Notes: a model not told the origin generated them from the letters alone. DNA of 64,000 nt from Micrococcales bacterium 73-13 (GCA_001898855.1 MKVN01000022.1:9883-73882); one strand, 5' to 3'; positions 34,503-45,917 are shown, counted from the first letter of the stretch. Made by a program: numbers and translations.

Positions 34503-35336
34503 ATGACCATGACGTCGAGCACGGCGACGCTGCCGGACGGCACGCGCCTCGCGTGCCGCGAGCTCGGCGAAGGCCGGCCGGTGCTCCTGCATCCCGGCTT
34601 CGCGCTGACCCGCGAGCTGTGGGCGCCGCTCATGGCCGAGCTGGCGGAGGACCACCGGTGCATCGCCTTCGACCCGCGCGGTCACGGCGCCTCCGACTCC
34701 CCCGCCGGCCGCTGGACGATCGAACGGCTCGCCGAGGACCTCGCCGAGCTCGCCGACGTCCTCGACCTGCGCGACGCGACCCTCGTCGGGCACTCGCTGG
34801 GCGGGGCGGTGGCCTGCACCGCCGTGCTCGACTTCGACGCGGCGGCTCGGTTCTCCCGGCTGGTGCTCCTCGGACCGGCCGTGCCGGGCTTCGTGCAGCG
34901 CCCCGGCCAGCCGTTCGGCGCTCCGCGGCCGGTCTTCGACCGGCTGCTGGGCGAGATGACCGACGACTTCGTCGGGACCTCGCGCCGGACGGCGGAGATC
35001 TTCTTCCACCAGGCGGACCCCGAAGCCGGACGCGCGGTCATGGAGGCCGGGCTGCGGATGCGCCCCGAGGTCGCGGCGGAGCTGTTCGCGCAGCTCGGCG
35101 AGATCGACCTCGCCGACCGTCTCGACGAGATCCCGATGCCCGTGCTCGCCCTCTGGGGCCGGCACGACACGCTCTCCGACCCCCGCTGGGCCGGGTGGTT
35201 CGAGGACCTCGAACTGCCGGGCTGGCGGACGGGGATCCTCGAGCACAGCGCCCACGGGTCGATGCTCGACGAGCCGGAGGAGCTCGCGAGCCGGATCCGC
35301 GCCTTCGAAGGACTGGAGTCGACACCATGGACGTGA
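34503..35336 (+). CDS. Alpha/beta-fold hydrolase
   Basis: This is the real part of the 419-aa track ORF (MTMTSSTATLPDGTRLACRELGEGRPVLLHPGF...). Nucleophile elbow GHSLGG, with downstream Asp/His regions (RHDTL..., HSAHGS). The start may be 34503 or 34509. Confidence 0.85.
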   Translation: MTMTSSTATLPDGTRLACRELGEGRPVLLHPGFALTRELWAPLMAELAEDHRCIAFDPRGHGASDSPAGRWTIERLAEDLAELADVLDLRDATLVGHSLGGAVACTAVLDFDAAARFSRLVLLGPAVPGFVQRPGQPFGAPRPVFDRLLGEMTDDFVGTSRRTAEIFFHQADPEAGRAVMEAGLRMRPEVAAELFAQLGEIDLADRLDEIPMPVLALWGRHDTLSDPRWAGWFEDLELPGWRTGILEHSAHGSMLDEPEELASRIRAFEGLESTPWT

Positions 35337-36517
35337 CCACCCCGACCAGCGCGATCGCCGACGAGCTGATCGCCCGCATCGACGCGGCGGCACCCGCGAT
35401 CGAGGCCGAGGCGGACGCCAACGAGGCCGCCGGCCGGCTGAACGAGCGCACCGTCGAGCTGCTGCGCCGGATCGGCGTGCTCGAGGCGATGGTGCCGGCG
35501 GAGCACGGCGGCCCGGACCTGAGCGTCTACGACGTGCTGCGCGTCTTCGACCGGCTGAGCTACGTCGACGCGTCCGCCGGCTGGGTCGCGATGATCCCGG
35601 GCGTCCAGGGCAAGTCGCTGCTGCTGCTCGACGACGACGTCCGGGACCGGATGTCCCGGACCGGCTATCCGTTCGTCGCCGGGCAGGGCGCCCCGAACGG
35701 CCGGGCGATCGTGACGGACGGCGGCTACCGGGTGTCGGGGCGGTGGTCCTACGGCAGCGCGATCCTGCACTGCGACACCGTCGTCGGGCTCGCGACCGTC
35801 GTCGACGACACCGGCCCCGTGCTCGACGCGGAAGGGATGCCCGACCTCGTGATGTTCTACACGCCGGTGGCGAACGCGACGATCGAGGGCAACTGGGACG
35901 TCATCGGCATGCGTGCGACGGGCAGCGTCGACTACTCGATCTCGGACGTGTTCGTCCCGGAGGAGATGGTCGCGCGAGGCGCGTTCACCCGGACGCTGAG
36001 CGGACGGGGCCAGGCGAGGCTGCTGGGCTTCACCGGCTGGGTCATGACCGTGCACTGCGCCGTGCCGACCGGGGCGGGACGGCGCCTCCTGGACGAGCTC
36101 GGCGCGCTGGCGCGGACGCCGCGCGGCCGGGGCGGGCGCCTCGCCGACGACCCGCGGTTCATGGCCGAGCTCGGCCGCGCGGAGGCCGCGTACCGCGGCG
36201 CCCGCGCGCTGATGTACCAGGCGTTCGGCGACGCGCAGGAGCGCATGAACGGCGGGGCGCCGGCCACCCGCCGTGATCTGACGGACATGCGCACGGCGTC
36301 CGTCCTCATGCACGACGTGAACATCGCCAACGCCGCGCTCGCCATGCGCGAGTCGGGCGGCGTCGGGCTGCGGGCGGGCCGGCTGCAGCGCCTGTACCGC
36401 GACGTGGTCGCGATGGGCCAGCACCTGCAGGCCGGCCACCCCACCTGGGCACAGGTCGCCAGGGACTACGTCGGCGAGGCCGAGGGGATGACCTGGGCGC
36501 TCAACGCGCTGGTCTGA
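35327..36517 (+). CDS. Acyl-CoA dehydrogenase-fold flavoenzyme (possibly a group-D flavin monooxygenase type)
   Basis: This is the real part of the 654-aa track ORF. ATG at 35327 follows GGACTGGAG and overlaps the hydrolase 3' end by 10 nt. Three-domain ACAD-like layout with GYRVSGRWSYGS (middle beta domain). No recognisable catalytic Glu assignment was made. Confidence 0.75.
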   Translation: MDVTTPTSAIADELIARIDAAAPAIEAEADANEAAGRLNERTVELLRRIGVLEAMVPAEHGGPDLSVYDVLRVFDRLSYVDASAGWVAMIPGVQGKSLLLLDDDVRDRMSRTGYPFVAGQGAPNGRAIVTDGGYRVSGRWSYGSAILHCDTVVGLATVVDDTGPVLDAEGMPDLVMFYTPVANATIEGNWDVIGMRATGSVDYSISDVFVPEEMVARGAFTRTLSGRGQARLLGFTGWVMTVHCAVPTGAGRRLLDELGALARTPRGRGGRLADDPRFMAELGRAEAAYRGARALMYQAFGDAQERMNGGAPATRRDLTDMRTASVLMHDVNIANAALAMRESGGVGLRAGRLQRLYRDVVAMGQHLQAGHPTWAQVARDYVGEAEGMTWALNALV

Positions 36518-36547
36518 GGCCCGGGGGACGCCGCGGCGCGGTCGCCG

Positions 36548-37231
36548 CTACGGCCGCGGCGGCGGGTAGAGGTAGAGCGCGACGGAGCCGGCGGGGATGA
36601 CGCGGGAGCCGTAGACGAGCGGGCTCCAGTTGTACTCCTCGATCGTCACCGTGCCGTCGTCGTTGACGGCCTGGACGTAGGCGACGTGGTTCGCACCGTA
36701 GCCGAACCAGGCGACGGCGCCGGCGACCGGGGTCGTCGAGGTCGCCCACCCGTTCGCCGCCCAGGCGTCCGCCCAGCTCGCCGCCTCGCCGCCGGTCGGC
36801 GTGAGGTAGCCCCAGTCCATCAGCCACGGCTCGCCGAAGGAGCCGGCGTCGCGGTTGAGCCGCCAGGCGACGAAGTCGGTGCAGGTGCGGATGCCGTAGC
36901 GCAGCGGCGACATGCCGTAGCCGTTCGGGCTGTCCTTCAGGTAGTAGTCGTCGCCGATCGGCCAGCTGATGTTCCCGTTCGCGAGCCGGTATGCGGCCGC
37001 GAGGTCCTCCGCGGTCGGCTCGGCCGGGAGCCCGGTCAGGGTGTCGCGCTCGGCGACCACCGGGCTCGCGATCGCGGCGACCTGGAGGCCCTGTCCGGCG
37101 GCCGCCGCCGAGCCGCTGCTCGCGGGCTGGGAGGCCGCGACCGCGTCCTCGTGCGTGCCCGCGTAGGCCGGGAGGGAGAGGGCTCCGAGGAGGCCGACGG
37201 CGCCGACGAACGCGACGACCTGGCGGAGCAT
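36548..37231 (-). CDS. Secreted CHAP-domain peptidoglycan hydrolase/amidase
   Basis: Start refined to ATG 37231 (MLRQVVAFVGAVGLLGALSLPAYAGT signal peptide). CHAP catalytic Cys context RTCTDFVAWRL and His context ANHVAYVQAV. Confidence 0.82.
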   Translation of the reverse strand: MLRQVVAFVGAVGLLGALSLPAYAGTHEDAVAASQPASSGSAAAAGQGLQVAAIASPVVAERDTLTGLPAEPTAEDLAAAYRLANGNISWPIGDDYYLKDSPNGYGMSPLRYGIRTCTDFVAWRLNRDAGSFGEPWLMDWGYLTPTGGEAASWADAWAANGWATSTTPVAGAVAWFGYGANHVAYVQAVNDDGTVTIEEYNWSPLVYGSRVIPAGSVALYLYPPPRP

Positions 37232-37248
37232 GGTCTCCAGAGTACCTC

Positions 37249-37758
37249 TTATGCCGCGACGAAACCTGGGACGAGGAATTCGTCCCAGTCGGGCCGGGTC
37301 CGCTCGACCCCGCGGACGAGCCAGGTCGGCCCGTACGGCGGGCGCGGGCGGACGCGCAGCGACCAGCCCATCTCGCCGGGCGTTCGGTCCCCCTTCGCGT
37401 TGTTGCACCGCAGGCAGCAGGCGACCAGGTTCTCCCAGCTGTCCGCGCCGCCGCGGGAGCGCGGCAGCACGTGGTCGATCGTGGTGGCGGGCGCCGCGCA
37501 GTAGCCGCAGCGCTGGCCGTCCCGGCGGAGCACGCCGCGGCGGGAGACCGACACCTGCCGGCCGCCGGGGATGCGGACGTAATTGCGCAGCACGATGACC
37601 GACGGTCGCGGCCAGCTCGCCGTCTCGGAGCGCACCGGGTCGGTCTCGTCCGCGGCGACGACGCTCGCCTTCTGGTTCATCACGAGGACGAGCGCCCGCT
37701 TGAAGGAGACGACGGCGAGCGGCTCATACCCTGCGTTCAGGACCAGCGTGCGCGTCAT
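37249..37758 (-). CDS. Stand-alone HNH endonuclease-family protein
   Basis: 169-aa ORF. CGYC...IDHVLPRSRGGADSWENLVACCLRCNNAKGDR (HNH with two CxxC pairs). Confidence 0.88.
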   Translation of the reverse strand: MTRTLVLNAGYEPLAVVSFKRALVLVMNQKASVVAADETDPVRSETASWPRPSVIVLRNYVRIPGGRQVSVSRRGVLRRDGQRCGYCAAPATTIDHVLPRSRGGADSWENLVACCLRCNNAKGDRTPGEMGWSLRVRPRPPYGPTWLVRGVERTRPDWDEFLVPGFVAA

Positions 37759-37854
37759 CGCGCTCCGCGAGCCCTGCCGGGTATGTGGTCCATGGCCAAA
37801 GACTAACGGACCGCTCCGCGGGTGACAGGGGAACGGCGCGCCATCGCGGCGACC

Positions 37855-38544
37855 TCAGACCACGACGAAGAGGTGCGACGCCGTCACGATCGGCAGCACG
37901 ATCGGCGTGCCGCCGTCGGCCTCGAGCCGGATGTCGTCGCCCGCGCGCGAGATCGTCGCGGACGCGCCCGGCTGGATCCCGGCCTCCTTGAGCTGCTCGA
38001 GCAGCTCCGGATCGACCTGCACCCGCTCGCTGAGGCGGCGGATGGTCGCCCGCAGCTCGTCGCCCGCGGCGTCCAGGGCCGCCGGCAGCGCGATGACGCC
38101 GTCCATGAACTCGGGCGCGACCGGACCGCCGATCTCCTCCAGCCCGGGGATCGGGTTCCCGTACGGCGACTCGGTCGGCTCGCCGAGCATCCGGTAGAGC
38201 CGGCGCTCGACCTGCTCGCTCATCACGTGCTCCCAGCGGCACGCCTCGTCGTGCACGAGCTCCCACTCGAGCCCGATGACGTCGGCGAGCAGCCGCTCCG
38301 CGAGCCGGTGCTTGCGCATCACGTGCACCGCGCGTCGTCGTCCCTCGGCGGTGAGCTCGAGGTGCCGGTCGCCCTCGACGGTGACCAGGCCGTCGCGCTC
38401 CATTCGGCTGATGGTCTGCGACACCGTCGGACCGGAATGGCCGAGACGCTCGGAGATGCGGGCGCGCAGCGGCACGATCCGCTCCTCCTCGAGGTCGAGG
38501 ATGGTGCGGAGGTACATCTCCGTCGTGTCGACGAGGTCCGTCAC
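37855..38544 (-). CDS. dtxR: Iron/manganese-dependent transcriptional repressor, DtxR/IdeR family
   Basis: 229-aa ORF. MTDLVDTTEMYLRTILDLEEE..PLRARISERL..SGPTVSQT..RMERDGL and RKHRLAERLL...HDEACRWEHVMS closely follow the DtxR/IdeR sequence as I remember it. C-terminal SH3-like domain. Confidence 0.92.
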   Translation of the reverse strand: MTDLVDTTEMYLRTILDLEEERIVPLRARISERLGHSGPTVSQTISRMERDGLVTVEGDRHLELTAEGRRRAVHVMRKHRLAERLLADVIGLEWELVHDEACRWEHVMSEQVERRLYRMLGEPTESPYGNPIPGLEEIGGPVAPEFMDGVIALPAALDAAGDELRATIRRLSERVQVDPELLEQLKEAGIQPGASATISRAGDDIRLEADGGTPIVLPIVTASHLFVVV

Positions 38545-38580
38545 TCGAGCCTCCGTTGGGTACCAGCGGGACCAGCCTAG

Positions 38581-39732
<1,152 letters not shown>

Positions 39733-39749
39733 TCGATCCTGGGGTTCGA

Positions 39750-40301
39750 TCAGGCCTCGTCGAGGTCGTCGATGTCGACGCCGTCGATGTCACCGCCGTG
39801 CGTCAGGCGCGGGCCGTCATCGTCGAGGTCGTCCTCGTCCAGATCGTCGAGATCGTCGTCTTCCTCGTCCAGATCGTCGTCTTCCTCATCCGGCTCGTCG
39901 TCCTCGTCGAGGGCGTCGTCCTCGCCGTCCGGGTCGTCCGTCTGCGCCTCGTCGACCGACTCCGCGGCCTCGGCCGCCGCCGCCTCCTGCTGGGCCTTCC
40001 ACTCCGCGAGCCGCACGGACCAGGGGATCCACTCGGGCGCGAGCAGGGCGTCGTCGCCGGGAATGAGCCCGAGCTCGAGCACGCTCGGCGCCTCGTCGTC
40101 CTGCTCCGCGATCGAGACGACCCAGGACCACCCGCGGTAGCCGGCCTGCGCGCTGGAGTAGACGACGTCCACGACACCGGCGGCGTCCTCGCGGACGCGG
40201 TCCTCGATCCAGTCGCCGACGTGCGCCGGCGAGGCGACCTCCGCGAGCGCCGACCGCGCGAGCTCGTCGTACCGGGAGGCGGATGACACGGGCTCAGGCA
40301 T
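39750..40301 (-). CDS. DUF3027-family protein with a poly-acidic C-terminal tail
   Basis: 183-aa ORF immediately downstream of, and overlapping by 8 nt, the cold-shock-domain gene. This csp-DUF3027 pairing is conserved in actinobacteria (family recalled from memory). Asp/Glu-rich tail. Confidence 0.75.
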   Translation of the reverse strand: MPEPVSSASRYDELARSALAEVASPAHVGDWIEDRVREDAAGVVDVVYSSAQAGYRGWSWVVSIAEQDDEAPSVLELGLIPGDDALLAPEWIPWSVRLAEWKAQQEAAAAEAAESVDEAQTDDPDGEDDALDEDDEPDEEDDDLDEEDDDLDDLDEDDLDDDGPRLTHGGDIDGVDIDDLDEA

Positions 40302-40677
40302 CGAGATCGTCGGCGACGCGGCGCAGCATCGCCGCGATCTTCCCGCCGTGGGCCTTGTCGGGGTACCGCCCGCGCTTCAGGCCGGAGCCGATCGAGTCGA
40401 GCAGCTTGACCAGGTCCTCGATGATGACGGCCATGTCGTCGGCGGGCTTGCGCTGCGCGCGGGTGACGCTCGGCGGCGCCTCCAGGACGCGCACGGAGAG
40501 CGCCTGCGCGCCCTTCCGGCCGTCCGCGACGCCGAACTCGAGCCGCGTGCCGCCCTTGACGGTGACGCCCGCCGGCAGCGCCGAGGCGTGCAGGAAGACC
40601 TCCTGACCGTCATCCGACTGGATGAAGCCGAAGCCCTTGTCCTCGTCGTAGAACTTCACCCGACCGGTGGGCATCAC
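40294..40677 (-). CDS. Cold-shock-domain protein with C-terminal extension
   Basis: 127-aa ORF. GRVKFYDEDKGFGFIQSDDGQEVFLH carries the RNP1/RNP2-like motifs. The extra 60-aa C-terminal domain resembles the long Csp paralogues of actinobacteria. Confidence 0.92.
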   Translation of the reverse strand: MMPTGRVKFYDEDKGFGFIQSDDGQEVFLHASALPAGVTVKGGTRLEFGVADGRKGAQALSVRVLEAPPSVTRAQRKPADDMAVIIEDLVKLLDSIGSGLKRGRYPDKAHGGKIAAMLRRVADDLDA

Positions 40678-40750
40678 TGGCTCCTCGACTCGCGCACCGG
40701 CGTCCGCCGGGCCGCAGCAAGCCTACCGGACGCCCCGATATCCTGGTCGG

Positions 40751-41029
40751 GTGACGAAGACGAACGGCGGCGCATCCGAGGATCAGCCCGCCCCGATCGG
40801 CGACAACCGGCTCGACCGGGTGCTCGCCGGCATGATCGTCGGGATCGTCGTGCTCTCGGTCGTCGCGATCCTCACCTACATGATCGGCACGGCGGGAGGC
40901 TGGCTCGCCGGCCCGACCGCCTACGTCATCTGGACGATCTTCTTCGTCGGCCTGCCGATCGCGATCGTGCTCATGATCGTCGTGACGATCCGCATCGGCA
41001 TCCGCCGCCGCCGCGACAGCGAGCGCTGA
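40751..41029 (+). CDS. Small membrane protein (2 TM helices), unknown function
   Basis: The in-frame GTG at 40751 of the 120-aa track ORF avoids overlap with the csp start region. GC3-rich codons. Two hydrophobic helices followed by RRRRDSER. Confidence 0.6.
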   Translation: MTKTNGGASEDQPAPIGDNRLDRVLAGMIVGIVVLSVVAILTYMIGTAGGWLAGPTAYVIWTIFFVGLPIAIVLMIVVTIRIGIRRRRDSER

Positions 41030-41060
41030 GAGGGGGCTCCCGTCCCGAAGTCCCCGGGCC

Positions 41061-41258
41061 TCAGGCGCGCCCGCGGCGCTCGGCGAGCGTCTGGTCCCCG
41101 GACCCCCAGTGCGTGAGCGGCACCTCCGAGACCACGACCCGGATGGTCTCGACGGGCGCCTCCAGCGCCTCGGCGACCGCGCCGGTGACGCCCCGGATGA
41201 GCTCCCGGATCTGCTCGGGGCGACGGCCCTCGGCGATGGACACCTGGATGATCGGCAC
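41061..41258 (-). CDS. 4-oxalocrotonate tautomerase family enzyme
   Basis: 65-aa ORF. MPIIQVSIAEGRRPEQIRELI has the catalytic Pro1 and the typical length. It is the last gene of the meta-cleavage operon. Confidence 0.88.
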   Translation of the reverse strand: MPIIQVSIAEGRRPEQIRELIRGVTGAVAEALEAPVETIRVVVSEVPLTHWGSGDQTLAERRGRA

Positions 41259-41275
41259 GACGTCCTCCTCGGCCC

Positions 41276-42307
41276 TCAGCGCGCGCCGAACAGGACGGCG
41301 GCCTCGGCGGCGACGTAGCGGTTCGGCGTCCGATAGGCGGTCGCGCCGACGAGCGGGGTGGCGTAGGTGTCGAACTCGGCCGGCAGGTCGGCGCCGTACC
41401 AGATGATGGCGTTGTCGATCGCGTCCTGCGCCCAGAGCACCGGCTCCCAGCTCGGGTCGGTGATCTGATACCCGGGCACGCCGACGAGCTCGATGCGGTT
41501 GCCGCCGGGCTCGAAGACGTAGATGAACTGGGCCTGGCTGATGGCGTGCCGGGCCGGGCCCGCCTCGAACTCGATGCCGTGGTCGGTGAGCACGTCGCAG
41601 GCGTCCTCGAGGTGCTGGAGGTTGCCGTAGAGGAAGGCGACGTGGTGCAGCCGGCCGCCCTCGCCCACCGCGTCCTTGACGAGCGCCACGTCGTGGGAAC
41701 GGGTCAGCGTGCGCAGCCAGGCGCCCATCTCGGTGTCGTCGCCGGCGATGATGTGCTCGCTGAGACGGAACCCGAGGAGGTCGGCGTAGAACCGCTTGTT
41801 CGCCGTGACGTCCTTCGACAGCAGGTTGATGTGGTCGAGGCTGCGGATCGGCACGCCGCGCAGCGGTCGGCGCTGGACGCGGTTGAGCACGATGCTGCGC
41901 TCCGCCTCGGGCGGCGCGTAGTAGTCGACCTCCCAGCCGAGCCGCTGGACGGCGCCGTCGGGCGTCGTGAACTCGTAGGCGGGCCCCATCCCGACCTCGC
42001 CCTCGACCCAGCCGCGTCCCAGGCCAGCCTGCTCGATGGCGGCGACGCGGCGCTCGAGCGCCGCCGGCGACGAGGCGCGCCAGCCGGCGAAGCCCATGCC
42101 CGCCTGCTGCCGATGGGTGACCTTCAGCGAGTGGCCGTAGGGGTCCTCCCAGCCCCGCAGGAAGACGGAGTCGCCGGAGCGGGCCGTCTCGATCATGCCG
42201 AGCAGGTCGCAGAAGAACCGGACCGTCGCATCGACGTCCGGGGAGTAGAGCTCGAACGAGGCGAGCTCGGCGACGTCGAAGATCGGCTCCGCGTCGTTCG
42301 TGGTCAT
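41276..42307 (-). CDS. Extradiol ring-cleavage dioxygenase (catechol 2,3-dioxygenase type, two-domain VOC fold)
   Basis: This is the real part of the 587-aa track ORF. ATG at 42307 is preceded by GAAGGAG. LDHINLL, HDVALV, LHHVAF and FEPGGNRIEL (metal His/His/Glu contexts). Confidence 0.88.
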   Translation of the reverse strand: MTTNDAEPIFDVAELASFELYSPDVDATVRFFCDLLGMIETARSGDSVFLRGWEDPYGHSLKVTHRQQAGMGFAGWRASSPAALERRVAAIEQAGLGRGWVEGEVGMGPAYEFTTPDGAVQRLGWEVDYYAPPEAERSIVLNRVQRRPLRGVPIRSLDHINLLSKDVTANKRFYADLLGFRLSEHIIAGDDTEMGAWLRTLTRSHDVALVKDAVGEGGRLHHVAFLYGNLQHLEDACDVLTDHGIEFEAGPARHAISQAQFIYVFEPGGNRIELVGVPGYQITDPSWEPVLWAQDAIDNAIIWYGADLPAEFDTYATPLVGATAYRTPNRYVAAEAAVLFGAR

Positions 42308-42342
42308 ATGCTGCTCCTTCGAAGACGGACGGCTCGCGCGGA

Positions 42343-43128
42343 TCAGCCCGCGCTGAGGTGGATCGACCCGAGGCTGGTGAACTCGGCCGAGACGACGGTG
42401 CCGGCGGTCAGCGGCACGGCGTCGGTCATGCCGCCCGTGAACACGATCGACCCGGCCGGGATGGACTCGCCACGATCGGCGAGCGCGTTCGCCGCGAGCG
42501 CGAGCGCCTCCGCCGGACTGCCCTGCACCGCGGCGCCGGTGGCGGTCGCCGTCACCTCGCCGTCGACGGTGAGCGCCACCGCCTCGAGCGTGAGGTCGAG
42601 CCCGAGCGGCGGCACGAGCTCCGGGCCGAGCACGAGCAGCGCGGTCGAGGCGTTGTCGGCGACGACGTCCGGCAGCGCGAAGTCGTAGCCGAGGAAGCGG
42701 CTGTCGATGATCTCGATGCCGCCGAGCACGTGGTCGACGGCCGCGAGGGCCGCCGCTGCGGTCACCCCGGGGCCGGCCAGCTCCCGGCCGAGGACGAAGA
42801 CGATCTCCGGCTCCGCCCGCGGCTGGATGAGCCGATCCAGCGGCACGGGGACGTCGGCGGGCAGGATGTGCGCGTCGGTGAGCACCGCGGTCAGCGGCGA
42901 GTCGATGCCCATCCGCTCCTGCTTCGCCCGGCTGGTGAGGCCGAGCTTGATGCCGACGCGGCGCTCGCCGTCGGCCAGTCGCGCCTCGATGAGGGCGCGC
43001 TGCACCGCGTAGGCGGTCTCGACGTCGAGGTCCGGCCACTCCGCCGCGGTGATCCTGCCGCGAGCCGTGCGACGCCGTTCGGCCTCGCGGAGCGCGGCGG
43101 CCGTCGCGATGATCCGCTCCCGGCTCAT
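42343..43128 (-). CDS. 2-oxopent-4-enoate hydratase / 4-oxalocrotonate decarboxylase family protein (MhpD/XylJ/XylI)
   Basis: This is the real part of the 447-aa track ORF. The ATG at 43128 overlaps the aldolase stop (ATGA). [37 protein letters not shown]. Confidence 0.85.
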   Translation of the reverse strand: MSRERIIATAAALREAERRRTARGRITAAEWPDLDVETAYAVQRALIEARLADGERRVGIKLGLTSRAKQERMGIDSPLTAVLTDAHILPADVPVPLDRLIQPRAEPEIVFVLGRELAGPGVTAAAALAAVDHVLGGIEIIDSRFLGYDFALPDVVADNASTALLVLGPELVPPLGLDLTLEAVALTVDGEVTATATGAAVQGSPAEALALAANALADRGESIPAGSIVFTGGMTDAVPLTAGTVVSAEFTSLGSIHLSAG

Positions 43129-44165
43129 GCGCTCACCGCCACGGGCTCCTCGCGCTCGGCGGCGAGCCGGATCGCGACGTCGATGATCATGTCCTCCTGG
43201 CCGCCCACGTAGCCGGCCTCGCCGACCCGCCGCAGGATCTCGTGCGCGGGCACGCCGTACCGCTCCGCGGCGCGGCGCGCGTGCAGCAGGAAGGAGTTGT
43301 ACACGCCGTAGCGTCCCTGGATGATCGCGTCCCGGTCGAGGAGCGGCACCGTCGGTACGAGCGGGGCGAGCACGTCCTGCGCGGCGTCGAGGATCGCCGG
43401 CAGGTCGACCCCGGTCCTCACCCCGAGCGCGTCGAGCGCCGCGATGAGCACCTCCGTCGGGGTGTTGCCGGCGCCGGCGCCGAGCGCGCGCAGCGTCCCG
43501 TCGATCCGGCGCGCGCCGGCCTCCACGGCGACGATCGAGTTCGCGACGCCGAGGCCCAGATTCATGTGGCCGTGGAACCCGACCTCGGCGTCGCCGCCGA
43601 GCTCGGCCGCGAGCGCCTCCACCCGGGCGCGGACGCCGTCCGGCAGCAGCGCGCCGGCGGAGTCGACGACGTAGACGCACTGGCATCCGGCGTCCGCCAT
43701 GATGCGCGCCTGCCGCGCGAGCTCGGCGGGCCCGGTGCGGTGGGAGAGCATCAGGAACCCGGCGGTCTCCAGGCCGAGCGCCCGCGCGGCCTGGAAGTGC
43801 TGGATGCTGACGTCCGCCTCGGTCGAGTGGGTCGCGATCCGGAGATAAGTCGCGCCGGCCGCGGCCGCCTCCCGGAGGTCCCGCACCGTGCCGAGGCCCG
43901 GCAGCAGCAGCGCGGCGATCCGCGCCCGCTCGACCGCCGAGCGGGCGACCTCGATGAGCCGGATGTCGCTCACCGCGCTGAAGCCGTAGTTGAACGAGGA
44001 GCCGGCGAGGCCGTCGCCGTGGCTGACCTCGATGACGTCGACGCCCGCCGCGTCGAGCGCGGCCGAGACCCGGCGGACCTGCTCCTCGGTGAACCGGTGG
44101 GCGACGGCGTGCGAGCCGTCCCGCAGCGTCGTGTCGGTGATGCGGACGCGCGACGCGGCGCTCAT
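43125..44165 (-). CDS. 4-hydroxy-2-oxovalerate aldolase (DmpG/MhpE type)
   Basis: This is the real part of the 380-aa track ORF. The ATG at 44165 overlaps the dehydrogenase stop (ATGA). [35 protein letters not shown]. Confidence 0.92.
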   Translation of the reverse strand: MSAASRVRITDTTLRDGSHAVAHRFTEEQVRRVSAALDAAGVDVIEVSHGDGLAGSSFNYGFSAVSDIRLIEVARSAVERARIAALLLPGLGTVRDLREAAAAGATYLRIATHSTEADVSIQHFQAARALGLETAGFLMLSHRTGPAELARQARIMADAGCQCVYVVDSAGALLPDGVRARVEALAAELGGDAEVGFHGHMNLGLGVANSIVAVEAGARRIDGTLRALGAGAGNTPTEVLIAALDALGVRTGVDLPAILDAAQDVLAPLVPTVPLLDRDAIIQGRYGVYNSFLLHARRAAERYGVPAHEILRRVGEAGYVGGQEDMIIDVAIRLAAEREEPVAVSA

Positions 44166-45100
44166 GCGGAGACCTCCTCGACTCGCAGGCCGACCGGGCC
44201 GGCCGCCGCGAGCAGCTCTGCGGCGCGGTTCGCGGCGGCCGTCATGATGTCGAGGTTGCCGGCCCACTCCGGCAGGTAGTCCCCGTTGCCGGTGACCTCG
44301 AGGAACACGGCGACCCGGCCGCTGCCGCCCCAGTCGGGGCTCGGGTCGTCGAACTGCGGATCCGCCTTGAGCCGGTAGCCCGGGACGTACTCCTGCACGG
44401 TGGCGACGGCGCGCTGCACCGACTCGGCGATCGCGTCCCGGTCGATGTCGGGACCGACCGCGGCGAAGACCGTGTCGCGCATGACGAGCGGGGGCTCGAC
44501 CGGGTTGAGGATGATGATCGCCTTGCCGCGCTCGGCCCCGCCGACCGACTCGATCGCGCTCGCCGTCGTCTCGGTGAACTCGTCGATGTTCGCCCGGGTG
44601 CCGGGGCCGGCCGAGCGGGAGGAGATCGAGGCGACGATCTCCGCGTACCGCACGGGGGTGACCCGGCTGATCGCGTGGACGATCGGGATCGTCGCCTGGC
44701 CGCCGCAGGTGATCATGTTGATGTTCGGGCTCTCCCGGTGCACGTCGAGGTTGACGGCCGGGCTCACGAAGGGCCCGATCGCCGCGGGCGTGAGGTCGAT
44801 GGCCCGGATGCCGGCCTCCTCGTAGCGCCGGGCGTTCGCCTGGTGCGCCCGGGCCGAGGTCGCCTCGAACACCACGTCGGGCAGCTCGTCCTGCGCGAGC
44901 AGCCAGTCGACGCCGCCCGCGGAGGCCTCGACGCCGAGCCGGCGCGCTCGGGCGAGCCCGTCGGACTCCGGGTCGACGCCGACCATGTACCGCACGTCGA
45001 ACACGTCCCGGCGCCGGAGCTTGACGAGCAGGTCGGTGCCGATGTTCCCCGGGCCGACGATCGCGGCGGTCGGTCTGCGGGTGGCTGCTGCTTCGCGCAT
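44162..45100 (-). CDS. Acetaldehyde dehydrogenase (acetylating; DmpF/MhpF type)
   Basis: 312-aa [27 protein letters not shown] (catalytic Cys), and the partner aldolase directly downstream. Confidence 0.92.
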   Translation of the reverse strand: MREAAATRRPTAAIVGPGNIGTDLLVKLRRRDVFDVRYMVGVDPESDGLARARRLGVEASAGGVDWLLAQDELPDVVFEATSARAHQANARRYEEAGIRAIDLTPAAIGPFVSPAVNLDVHRESPNINMITCGGQATIPIVHAISRVTPVRYAEIVASISSRSAGPGTRANIDEFTETTASAIESVGGAERGKAIIILNPVEPPLVMRDTVFAAVGPDIDRDAIAESVQRAVATVQEYVPGYRLKADPQFDDPSPDWGGSGRVAVFLEVTGNGDYLPEWAGNLDIMTAAANRAAELLAAAGPVGLRVEEVSA

Positions 45101-45125
45101 TCGGGTCCTCGGTTCCTGGTCCTGC

Positions 45126-45917
45126 TCAGTCGGCGCTCGCCACGGCGAAGCGCGCGGTCACCGAGCCGAGCCCGGCGAAGTCGGCGGAGATGACGTCGCC
45201 CGGCTCGGCCGGGACGGCGGCGGTGATCGCACCGGGCAGGACCACCGAGCCGGCCTCGACCGCCGTGCCCGCGCGTCCGAGCGTGTTCACGAGCCAGACG
45301 AGCGCCGACACCGGCGAGCCGAGCACGGCCGCGCCGGCTCCCGTATGCACGATGCGGCCGTTGCGACGCAGGATCCCGCCGGTGAGCCGCAGGTCGCGAC
45401 CGGCGAGCGCGACCGGGGCGGTGCCGAGCACGACGGCCCCGGCCGAGGCGTTGTCGGCGATGGTGTCGGGGAGCGTGATGCGCCAGTCGGCGATGCGCGA
45501 GTCGATGATCTCGAGCGAGGCGACGGCGACGTCGATCGCGCGGATCGCGTCGGCGACGGTGACCCCGGGGCCCTCGAGGCCGCGGCCGAGCACGAAGGCG
45601 ATCTCGGGCTCGACCCGGGGCTGGATGAACCGACCCGCGGGGATCGGCTCCCCGCTCAGGACGACGTCGTCGTCGAAGAGGTGGCCGAAGTCCGGCTGGT
45701 CGACCCCGAGCTGCCGCTGGATCGCGCGCGAGGTGAGGCCGACCTTGTAGCCGATGACGCGCCGGCCCTCCCGGCGCCACGCGTCGACCTGGGCGAGCTG
45801 CACGCGATAGGCCTCGTCCTGTCCCAGCGCGATGCGCTCGGAGATCGGCGGGATGGGCGCGCCGTCGCGCCGCGCCGCGAGCAGCTGCGCCGCGATCCGA
45901 TCGATCTCTTCCTGCAT
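45126..45917 (-). CDS. Second 2-oxopent-4-enoate hydratase / 4-oxalocrotonate decarboxylase family protein
   Basis: This is the real part of the 321-aa track ORF. ATG 45917 ([13 protein letters not shown]...) has a GAGG 9 nt upstream; ATG 45935 is an alternative start. [37 protein letters not shown]. Confidence 0.85.
   Translation of the reverse strand: MQEEIDRIAAQLLAARRDGAPIPPISERIALGQDEAYRVQLAQVDAWRREGRRVIGYKVGLTSRAIQRQLGVDQPDFGHLFDDDVVLSGEPIPAGRFIQPRVEPEIAFVLGRGLEGPGVTVADAIRAIDVAVASLEIIDSRIADWRITLPDTIADNASAGAVVLGTAPVALAGRDLRLTGGILRRNGRIVHTGAGAAVLGSPVSALVWLVNTLGRAGTAVEAGSVVLPGAITAAVPAEPGDVISADFAGLGSVTARFAVASAD

Noticed and set aside
37249-37758. HNH endonuclease as a homing endonuclease or mobile-element marker
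   Set aside because: It is a stand-alone small gene between housekeeping genes. It has no intron or intein context, no flanking repeats and no phage genes. This type is broadly conserved in actinobacterial chromosomes.
39780-39960. Repetitive GTCGTC/TTCCTC DNA that resembles a tandem repeat array
   Set aside because: It is in-frame coding sequence for the poly-Asp/Glu tail of the DUF3027 protein, i.e. low-complexity codon repetition rather than a DNA-level element. The same applies to the Gly/Pro-coding stretch at about 28960-29170 in the CotH gene.
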